From: a virus
Lineage: Duplodnaviria > Caudoviricetes
Length of the DNA stretch: 64,000 bases
Reading direction: 5' to 3' (one strand)
Virus record (IMG/VR): IMGVR_UViG_2684623229_000001
Span: 1-64,000 of that record
The notes under the pieces were generated by a model. That model was not told the origin of the DNA, did not search any database, and was given only the letters and a program-made list of their open reading frames with translations. Of this stretch, positions 20,824-28,115 are shown piece after piece. Position numbers and translations under genes: made by a program. Positions within the stretch are counted from its first letter, which is position 1, and every line of letters starts with the position of its first letter.

Positions 20824-21243
20824 TTACCTCCTTAAACTTTTAAATTGTTGATATTCTATGCTTGTAGTGTAAGCTTGTACATCGTAATCTATAACGCTTG
20901 GTGTTTCATTCCCTGTAGGCCTAAGATCTTCTATTTTTTTTAAAGCTTCTTTTATATTCTCTACATAAAATTCTATAGTGGAATATTGATCCATAGGGCT
21001 ATAGACTATAATATCAAATAGTTTATAACCAGATATATTTCCAACTAAGGCATGTACACCATTTTCCTTTATAACTACATAGCTTTCTGTACATTTGTTT
21101 CTCTTTTGTCCAGGAGCATACACATTATATCCTAATTTTTTTAAATATAAATATACCTTTTGCCATAAAGTTTCTGGTATAACATTATTAATTATATCTT
21201 GCTGTATGCAATCCCCTGGAACCTTGTAATTAAATTTAGACAT
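20824..21243 (-). CDS. Tail terminator-like protein
   Basis: Synteny; resembles 56977..57315 (C.E.YVV.K, L..TG..TP..ID). Confidence 0.6.
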   Translation of the reverse strand: MSKFNYKVPGDCIQQDIINNVIPETLWQKVYLYLKKLGYNVYAPGQKRNKCTESYVVIKENGVHALVGNISGYKLFDIIVYSPMDQYSTIEFYVENIKEALKKIEDLRPTGNETPSVIDYDVQAYTTSIEYQQFKSLRR

Positions 21244-21248
21244 TTACA

Positions 21249-21596
21249 TCACTTCCCAAATAAATTACTCATCCCCTTAAGTATTTGTGGACTCAGTTTA
21301 TCTATAGTTGGTTTTAATATTGCATATTTTTTATCATTACATAACTCTAAAGACGGATAGTAATCCTCATTTCCAGTAATATAAATATTACACCTATCGC
21401 CTTTCCACTGTTTTCCACCTTTAATTGTTTCAATATCCATATCTAATTGATCCTTCCAAGGTGCATTCTTTTTAGCATCTTCTTCTAGCTTCTTTGCGGC
21501 AATATCTGCATACCCACTTATAGCAGTTTTAGATTGCATCTCAAATTCAGATAATCCATCAATAACACTATCTATATTTACTTCAAATTCCCTCAT
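21249..21596 (-). CDS. HK97 gp10-like neck/tail completion protein
   Basis: AKKNAPW.D and LELCNDKKYAIL, homologous to 57317..57691. Confidence 0.7.
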   Translation of the reverse strand: MREFEVNIDSVIDGLSEFEMQSKTAISGYADIAAKKLEEDAKKNAPWKDQLDMDIETIKGGKQWKGDRCNIYITGNEDYYPSLELCNDKKYAILKPTIDKLSPQILKGMSNLFGK

Positions 21597-21600
21597 ATCA

Positions 21601-21966
21601 TCACACCCTGTTTAATATCATATCAAATACTAGGTTTTGAATATTTCCTGTGTCAACTATTTCATACTTAGTTCCATCTAATATAAAATAATCATCCTTT
21701 TGTATTTTAGAGCTTATATCATTATAGATAATTAATAATTTATCATTATATAAATTATTAAATTCCAGTCCTTCCATAGAAGTTGTAATTATATTACTAT
21801 TATTTCTATAATAATATCCCCTTATAGTGCATACATACACTTCATCTAGTTTTTCTTCAAAAGCATTTTTACCTATTCTTAATATTTTTATTTCTCTTAA
21901 TAAGTCTTTTTTTTCTAGATGTTCATATATATTTTTACTTATTTTTGCCCTATTTATATTATTCAT
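21601..21966 (-). CDS. Head-closure-like protein
   Basis: Synteny; I...DYF..DG.KY.IV motif shared with 57684..58052. Confidence 0.55.
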   Translation of the reverse strand: MNNINRAKISKNIYEHLEKKDLLREIKILRIGKNAFEEKLDEVYVCTIRGYYYRNNSNIITTSMEGLEFNNLYNDKLLIIYNDISSKIQKDDYFILDGTKYEIVDTGNIQNLVFDMILNRV

Positions 21967-22250
21967 TAATGTTCATCAACTCTTTCCATAGAAGTTTGAT
22001 TCTTTAGAATCTTTTGCTCTTCTTTGAAATGCTCTGCTAGAGTTAACCAATAGGCTCTATTACTTTGTAACTTTATATCTGCAACTTCTATTCCATCATC
22101 TGCAATTGCTTTTAGAATACACCCTTTATAACTTGCTTTTTCTACATCATTATTATTGATTTCTAGTAGCAATTCTAGCTCTTTATCCTCAAAATAAGGA
22201 TACTGTTTTTCTTGTAAATTAAATTTCAAAATCTCTAAAGGTGTTCTCAC
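21966..22250 (-). CDS. Head-tail adaptor-like protein
   Basis: TPLEILKFNLQEKQYPYFE closely matches 58049..58357. Confidence 0.7.
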   Translation of the reverse strand: MRTPLEILKFNLQEKQYPYFEDKELELLLEINNNDVEKASYKGCILKAIADDGIEVADIKLQSNRAYWLTLAEHFKEEQKILKNQTSMERVDEH

Positions 22251-22689
22251 TTTTTCTCACCTTCCTTAGTTAAATTTTATTTGTTTAAGGTTACTAATTT
22301 TTCTGCAAATATTTTCAATAATAGTTTAATCATTTATTTAGTCAGTCTATTACATAACCTCAAATCATCCTCATTATGATAAATTATTGAATATAGCTCA
22401 CCTCCTATGCTTACTGTACAACCTTTAAGTTTTCTTGAAATGAATAAGCATTAGATTTTATAAAAGCCTTAATTTATAACTTTATTTATAAGAAGTTATA
22501 AGAATTAAAACTTATTTTGCAAATCTAATGCATTATTTACGAATAATAAAATTTTTAGTTCAAATTATTCAGTTTTTTAGCTTACTCTTAAAAGCTGTAA
22601 ATTTTAATTTGATTTCATAATATTCATTTATTTTTTAATGAATACTTTACAGTTGTTTTATATAATAAAACCTCTGCTATTTTTATAAT

Positions 22690-22750
22690 ACTATTATATT
22701 TCATTTGAATACTTTATTTATCCCAACTTTGTCTCATTTTTGTCCCAAAA
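22690..22750 (-). promoter_or_regulatory. Putative activator-dependent late promoter
   Basis: TGGGACA/TGAGACA/TGGGATA direct repeats about one helical turn apart upstream of TATAAT (22693-22698), just downstream of the ArpU-like gene. Confidence 0.5.
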
Positions 22751-22760
22751 TATTTTTATC

Positions 22761-22938
22761 AGATGACTACCCGCTCTAATACTCCCATCTTTTTCAAAGT
22801 GAGAGTAAAGAGCGGGTACGTCCCTGGATAACGATTTCCCCTAAAGGATAACGACTTCTAAGGAGTAAAACTCCTAAGAATTCTGTTAATAAGCTTTAGA
22901 GGGAGTAAAAACTCCCTCTGAAGCCAAGAACTCTGTTT
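22761..22938. repeat. Multi-hairpin interspersed (REP/MITE-like) clostridial repeat
   Basis: Hairpins TACCCGCTCT..AGAGCGGGTA, AGGAGT-AAA-ACTCCT and AGAGGGAGT-AAAA-ACTCCCTCT; GGATAACGA duplicated; GC-richer than flanks. Confidence 0.55.
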
Positions 22939-23458
22939 ATACTATAAGGTTATTCAATTGTGCTACATGTTCTACTAATTCATTCTTTTTTCTATAAGCT
23001 GTACTCCTTGCTCTTCCAAACATTTCTACGGCTATCCAATCTACACTTTTATTTTCTCCATACTTCAACTCTATAAATTTTTTATTTTCTTCATTTAGTG
23101 ATGAAATATTATCTTCCATTACTGATATTTCTTCTTCTATTTCTCTTATTTTATATTCTACTTTCCCTTTCTTCTTAATTTTTTCTCCTAGTTCTATCTC
23201 TAATCTTTCTATTTGTCTTATTAGCTCTTTCTCTGCATAGCCTGTTCCATTGCTAGAGGTTTGTACTATTTCATCATATGTTCTACTTCTAGACTCTTCT
23301 TCTAATGTTACATCATTATTTTTAATTTTATCCATTATAATTTCTATTCTATTAGAAAGATGCTTGGCTCTATTTTTTAGCTTATTCAATTCTTTTTTAC
23401 TTCTAAAATGCCTATATAATCTTTCTTCTGTTTTTATATATAATTTTTTATCCAACAT
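22937..23458 (-). CDS. ArpU/RinA-family late transcriptional activator
   Basis: KTEERLY..F N-terminus, coiled coil, C-terminal HTH (FIELKYG...IAVEM...RSTAYRKK); last early gene before the structural operon. Confidence 0.7.
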   Translation of the reverse strand: MLDKKLYIKTEERLYRHFRSKKELNKLKNRAKHLSNRIEIIMDKIKNNDVTLEEESRSRTYDEIVQTSSNGTGYAEKELIRQIERLEIELGEKIKKKGKVEYKIREIEEEISVMEDNISSLNEENKKFIELKYGENKSVDWIAVEMFGRARSTAYRKKNELVEHVAQLNNLIV

Positions 23459-23630
23459 ATCTAACCTCCTATAATAATTCTTTAATATATTTTCTTATAA
23501 CTATAATGTTACTTTTTGATATCTTTAAAGGCCTTTAGAAATGCCTTTTGGTTTGAATTTTATATACTTTTTTACATTTCTTTATTATTTTTATTTAACT
23601 CATATATCATTATTTCTTTTCCCACAATAT

Positions 23631-23882
23631 CTAAAAATCTTTTATTGTAAAGTAATGCTTAACCACTTCGTCCGTCCATCTATTTTTTGCAACTCTTAAA
23701 AATTCTAATTCCTCTTGGCATTTGTCTAATAAATTTATGCTTTCCTTTAATAATTTCTCATAATCTATGCTTTTCTTTACATACTCCTTTAATAAAATCT
23801 TTAATACTGCATTTTCTTTTCTAAATGACTCTATCTCTTCAAAAACTTTATTTTCTATTTCTTTAACTAATACAATTGACAT
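23631..23882 (-). CDS. Hypothetical coiled-coil phage protein
   Basis: 83 aa with GGAGG RBS. Confidence 0.55.
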   Translation of the reverse strand: MSIVLVKEIENKVFEEIESFRKENAVLKILLKEYVKKSIDYEKLLKESINLLDKCQEELEFLRVAKNRWTDEVVKHYFTIKDF

Positions 23883-23938
23883 CTTATACCTCCATCATAC
23901 TTAATTTTCTATTATATTACTAAAGACAATCAATATTC

Positions 23939-24787
23939 TTATTTCAATAATTCTTTTAATATTTCTGTTTTCTCTTTAGCTTTTTCTTCCCTTATATTTT
24001 TACCATCATTTAAAATAGGAGTACACATTTCTAAAATTCTATAGTATGTCCTCTTTTCATATCTATTTTTAAGTTCTATAAGAGATAAATTTGTTGTAAT
24101 TATAAGTGGTAATCCATTCCTATATCTACTATCTAAAATATTATAGATTTTAGTTCTAGTCCATTCTGTATCCTGTTCTGTTCCCAAATCATCTATTATC
24201 AATAGATCTGCATTATCTAATCCTCTCAATATATCTTCTTCTACTTCTTTTCCAGATTTTTTATATGTGTCTTTAATTCTATTTAATAAGCTATCTGCAT
24301 TTACACATATAACTGGTAACATTTTCTCTATAAGAAAGTTTGCTATACATGCCACAGTATAGGTTTTACCATTTCCCGGAGAACCATATAATAAAAGTCC
24401 TACAGATTCTTTTTTCATGTTTTCAAATTTTTTAGTATATTTATTAGCTATTTTATACATTTTGTCATTACCTTTAGTAAAATCCCAATTTTTAAATTTA
24501 CTATTTCTAAATTTTTCATCTATTAAACTATTTTTAATAATCTTTTTTAATCTTAATTGCTTTTCTTTATTTATTTTTTCTTTCTCTTTTGCCATTAGAG
24601 CTTCTCTTTTGCACTTGCACATTACAGGACCTTTTATATACCTATTTAACCCTGGAATATAAGTAATCTTTTCAATAGCTTCTCCACATACAGAACATAT
24701 TTCAACTCTTTCATTTTCACCAGTAATATTATAATCCAATTCCCTGCTTTTTAAGGTCTTCTCCAAAGCTTGTCCTACTTGTTTCAT
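23939..24787 (-). CDS. DnaC/IstB-like AAA+ helicase loader
   Basis: CxxC...CxC Zn site, Walker A GSPGNGKT, Walker B LLIIDDLG, RY....PLIITTN. Confidence 0.9.
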   Translation of the reverse strand: MKQVGQALEKTLKSRELDYNITGENERVEICSVCGEAIEKITYIPGLNRYIKGPVMCKCKREALMAKEKEKINKEKQLRLKKIIKNSLIDEKFRNSKFKNWDFTKGNDKMYKIANKYTKKFENMKKESVGLLLYGSPGNGKTYTVACIANFLIEKMLPVICVNADSLLNRIKDTYKKSGKEVEEDILRGLDNADLLIIDDLGTEQDTEWTRTKIYNILDSRYRNGLPLIITTNLSLIELKNRYEKRTYYRILEMCTPILNDGKNIREEKAKEKTEILKELLK

Positions 24788-25610
24788 ATACCTCGCCTTC
24801 TCTCCATTTCTTACTTATCTCGTTTCTCTTTACATCTTGTGGTAATTTATATCCTTTATTTATCCAGCTTTCCAAGATTGACATTGTATATTTAAATCCT
24901 TTTATTTTGCCCTGTTCCTGTTCTCTTTTTTTTGTAATATCTAATGCATATATTAATAAATCAGTATAATCTTCTTTAGCCATGACTTTTAATACTTGAT
25001 TTAAATAAGTGGCACTTATTTGCCTATAAAAGGTATTAAAATATGCTTCATTAATTTTATCTAAATTTTTTCTAATATCACTCTTTCTATCTTCTTTTAT
25101 TTCTATATATATATCTTCTATATCTATATCTCTGCCGTTACTTAACGTTTCATGTAACATTATATTTTTTTTATTGTCATTATTTTTGCAACTTTGTTTT
25201 TTAGTTTCTTCTAATAGTTCTTTTTTCTTAGCTCTATGTTTAGCTACCCTTTCCCTTGTTTGTTGTCTAACTTTCTCCATACCTTCTATATTTTGATGTT
25301 TGGACCAGTTAGCTATTTTTATTAATTTATCTTCTTGTATCTGTATCATGCCAAAATCTCTAAGTACTTTTAATGCAAACCTTAAACTATTTAATGGCCT
25401 ATTAAAAATTGTACTTAACATTTCTTCTGTATATGGAACATTATCATTTAGAAAAATATATCCATTTGAATTTGTTTTACCTGCTTGAACTAAAAGTCTC
25501 ATCCAAATATAATGAACAGTATCTCTTTCTGGCATAGCATCTATTAATTTTATTTTTTCGTCATCAAACATATTTGTTGTTATCTTTATCCACTTAACTT
25601 CTGCCAACAT
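24729..25610 (-). CDS. Phage replisome organiser (replication initiator)
   Basis: VKWIKITTNMFDDEKIKLI...PYTEEMLSTIF...NWSKHQN signature; DnaD-like C-terminus (Y..SILESW...G). Confidence 0.85.
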   Translation of the reverse strand: MLAEVKWIKITTNMFDDEKIKLIDAMPERDTVHYIWMRLLVQAGKTNSNGYIFLNDNVPYTEEMLSTIFNRPLNSLRFALKVLRDFGMIQIQEDKLIKIANWSKHQNIEGMEKVRQQTRERVAKHRAKKKELLEETKKQSCKNNDNKKNIMLHETLSNGRDIDIEDIYIEIKEDRKSDIRKNLDKINEAYFNTFYRQISATYLNQVLKVMAKEDYTDLLIYALDITKKREQEQGKIKGFKYTMSILESWINKGYKLPQDVKRNEISKKWREGEVYETSRTSFGEDLKKQGIGL

Positions 25611-25727
25611 ATCACCACTTTCTTTTTTATCCATAGTATACAAAATAAAATATTGCTATAATTAAATCAATCCATAATTTATATATAGTTTTTCTATACT
25701 TCTTTAATAATTATTGATTTACTATGT

Positions 25728-25940
25728 TTACCACCACCTCCATAGTTCTTGATCTATCAATTCATTAGGTGTAATTTTCAATATTTTGCATAGATTACAA
25801 ATAACCTTTAGCCCTGGATTTTCATATTTACCTTCCTCTAATTCTGTAATATAACTTCTAGCTATTTTACTTTTGTAACTCAATTTTGAAATAGATAAGT
25901 TTCTTATTCTTCTATATTCTTTTGTTTTTATTACTGCCAC
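25728..25940 (-). CDS. XRE-family HTH regulator
   Basis: LSISKLS...IARSYITELEEGK..NPGL. Confidence 0.8.
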   Translation of the reverse strand: MAVIKTKEYRRIRNLSISKLSYKSKIARSYITELEEGKYENPGLKVICNLCKILKITPNELIDQELWRWW

Positions 25941-25994
25941 TTGAGGATTCCTCCTTAGGATTTATTCCTCTCAATATTAAACTATAAATTTTTA

Positions 25995-26342
25995 AGTATT
26001 CCTAAAGTTGACCATTTCTTTTAAAAAAAAGTTCGTCTATGGTAGTATCAAAAAAATCTGATATAATCTTAGCCTCATTTAAAGTAAAAGACTTCTTACC
26101 ATTTTCTTTAAAATTATAAGTATTTAGAGATACCCCTATTAGTCTTGCTATATCCTCTTGCTTTGCTCCTCTTAAGCATCTATAAGCTTTTAATTTTTTT
26201 TCTGTTGTCATAAAGCTCACCCCTTAATAACTATTTTTAAGTAAACTATAAGAATACTATTTATATTTTTATTATAGTCAACATTAAGAATACTTTCAAC
26301 TGTATTTTATCATTTTTCTGAAAAAATATTCTTATAGTTTAC
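25995..26342. promoter_or_regulatory. Genetic switch: four 18-bp operator-like repeats and a sigmaA promoter for cro
   Basis: GT(A/C)AACnnTA(A/G)GAATA(C/T)T at 26241-26258 (+), 26277-26294 (+), 26325-26342 (-), 25995-26012 (-); TTGAAA-17-TATAAT on - strand (26299-26271). Confidence 0.7.
26002..26220 (-). CDS. Cro-like XRE HTH regulator
   Basis: QEDIARLIGVSLNTYNFKENGK; divergent from the repressor. Confidence 0.85.
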   Translation of the reverse strand: MSFMTTEKKLKAYRCLRGAKQEDIARLIGVSLNTYNFKENGKKSFTLNEAKIISDFFDTTIDELFFKRNGQL

Positions 26343-26393
26343 ATTAGTTTTAAAAAGTCAACATATGGTTTATAATATAGTATAAATAGAGGG

Positions 26394-26813
26394 GTGAAAA
26401 AGTTGGCAGAAATAAAAGATAGGTTAAAATGTGAAAGATTAAGAAAAGATTTAAATCAAACTGAATTGGCAAAATTTTTAAATGTATCAAAACAAACAGT
26501 TTCCAATTGGGAAAATGGTAACAGAATTCCTGATACCCTTACCTTATCTAAGTTAGCTGACTTCTTTAATTGCTCCGTAGATTATATTTTAGGAAGATCT
26601 GAAAATAGAAATGGCATAATTTCTAAAGCTAATATAGATGGAAGTAATTACGAATTTGAATTAGATAAGAGTATATTTCCAAATGGCATAACTAGAGAAC
26701 AAATGATAAATTATATTAAGGAACTAGAAGATAGAAATAAAGAATTAGAAAAAGAAGCTGAGATATCTAGAAAATTAAAAGAAGCTGGCTTCGATTTCAA
26801 TCCCGATAAATAA
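26394..26813 (+). CDS. CI-like XRE repressor without S24 peptidase domain
   Basis: LNQTELAKFLNVSKQTVSNWENGNRIPD...SVDYILGRS; divergent from the lytic genes. Confidence 0.85.
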   Translation: MKKLAEIKDRLKCERLRKDLNQTELAKFLNVSKQTVSNWENGNRIPDTLTLSKLADFFNCSVDYILGRSENRNGIISKANIDGSNYEFELDKSIFPNGITREQMINYIKELEDRNKELEKEAEISRKLKEAGFDFNPDK

Positions 26814-27043
26814 AATATTCTAAAAATTAATTATTTAAAATTAAAATACAAATATGCAAAACTAACAAATATATATGTATTCATGATGTTATGTTTATAA
26901 TTACATGAAATTCGTATATGTTTGTTAGTTTTTTATTTTGTCTAAAAAAGTAAATACTTGTCCTAAAATTCTGTATACAGACAATTACATTTTCAAAATA
27001 AATATGTAATAATTTTCACATAAAGTAATTTAATTATATAAAC

Positions 27044-27090
27044 TTGCAAATTTTATTAAAAGATATTAAAATATACTTGAACACATGTTC
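27044..27090 (+). promoter_or_regulatory. sigmaA promoter with LexA/DinR (SOS) box
   Basis: TTGCAA-17-TAAAAT (27044-27072) followed by GAAC-ACAT-GTTC (27079-27090), matching the Firmicute GAAC-N4-GTTC box. Confidence 0.75.
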
Positions 27091-27114
27091 GATTTGAGAA
27101 AGGAGTCTTAATTT

Positions 27115-27264
27115 ATGTTTAATTTTAGTGGGGTATTAAGTATAAAAAAAGAAGGGGAAATAATATATGAAAAAAAAGATACCTTTACACTGAATAGAAA
27201 AAAAACTTCTTGTGAAAAATCTTCTAAGGATAAAATACAATTAGTGCAGAAGGTTAATACATAA
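27115..27264 (+). CDS. 49-aa SOS-regulated small protein (candidate antirepressor)
   Basis: Not in the ORF track; AAGGAG RBS; MFNFSGVLSIKKEGEIIYEKKDTFTLNRKKTSCEKSSKDKIQLVQKVNT. Confidence 0.6.
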   Translation: MFNFSGVLSIKKEGEIIYEKKDTFTLNRKKTSCEKSSKDKIQLVQKVNT

Positions 27265-27777
27265 TATAAAGAATATATAATAACTTCAAAATATAGTTGA
27301 AAGAAAAGTGTTAAGAAAGATGAGACTAAAGAACTACTTTAGAACAGTATATACACAACTTAATCGTTACAACTTATAAATTAAATAAGATAAAAAAACA
27401 AGTGCTGCTCCTTAGAAAATAAAATTACAACAACTTGATCTTTTTCATTTTAAAAATTTTTATAATTTTATAGTTAAATCATTGAATTCTAAAACTGTAT
27501 TACAATATCATATAGTAATACATAAAATATTAAATAAAAATCATAGACTAAAATATATCTAACCTAATAGAATTATATAAAATAAAACTGGAACATTAAA
27601 TATTAAAGAAGCTATTCAAACCTTAACACTTTTTAATAACTTTAGAGTATAAATGCTAATTTAGAAAATGCTTTGCTATTAAGCACTAAGGAAATTCTAA
27701 AGCCAGAATATTTAAAGAATTAATGAATGTTATTTACTTTTAATTCTTCTACTAACTTTCTAATGATATTTTAAAAT

Positions 27778-27812
27778 AAAAAAGGCTTTGGAAAACTAAT
27801 CCAAAGCCTTTT
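27778..27812 (-). terminator. Terminator downstream of the tRNA 3' end
   Basis: AAAAGGCTTTGGA-AAACTAA-TCCAAAGCCTTTT hairpin. Confidence 0.75.
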
Positions 27813-27828
27813 AACTTAGTATTTTCAA

Positions 27829-27888
27829 TGGTGCCGAAGGCGGGAGTCGAACCCGCACGAAGTTACCCTCGACGGATTTTGAATCCGT
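27829..27888 (-). tRNA. 3' fragment of tRNA-Leu(CAA), not intact; prophage attachment-site duplication
   Basis: - strand: ACGGA-TTCAAAA-TCCGT anticodon arm, long variable arm, GCGGG-TTCGACT-CCCGC T arm, CTTCGGC-A-CCA; D arm and 5' acceptor strand absent. Confidence 0.85.
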
Positions 27889-28012
27889 TATTCTTTGTTT
27901 TAATTAGACTTAGCACATTTTAATAACTCCCTACAATTAAGTAAAATCAACATGTTGATATAATAGAATATATTTATATAGTTTAACAAGTTTTTTAAGT
28001 TTTAATACTCCC

Positions 28013-28041
28013 ACTGACATTCTACTGACATTTTACTGACC
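28013..28041 (+). repeat. Putative integrase arm-type sites
   Basis: ACTGAC x3 with 11-bp period about 125 bp inside the att core. Confidence 0.55.
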
Positions 28042-28115
28042 GATAAATTAATATAATTAAGATTCCTATATTAATGTAGATTTCCAATTAGCAACTAGGG
28101 AGCCTTAATTGGCTC

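Larger units (their letters stand above)
1..27264 (-). mobile_element. Headless, sheathless phage tail-like element (F-type tailocin-like / domesticated prophage); probably continues left of the window
   Basis: Order: repressor/Cro, replication, ArpU-like activator, neck, tail tube, chaperones, short TMP, baseplate, adhesin-like array, XhlA. No terminase, portal, capsid, sheath or integrase ORF. Confidence 0.8.

Noticed and set aside
12339-22250. R-type (contractile) tailocin or PBSX-like particle
   Set aside because: No sheath, baseplate J-like wedge, capsid or terminase genes recognised; the tube and chaperones match the adjacent siphovirus
25095-25165. Replication origin iterons inside the initiator gene
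   Set aside because: Position is typical, but only degenerate CGTTAC/GTAAC and TCTATAT motifs are visible, too weak to call
27829-27888. Functional tRNA-Leu gene
   Set aside because: D arm and 5' acceptor strand are missing; the upstream sequence cannot pair with CTTCGGC
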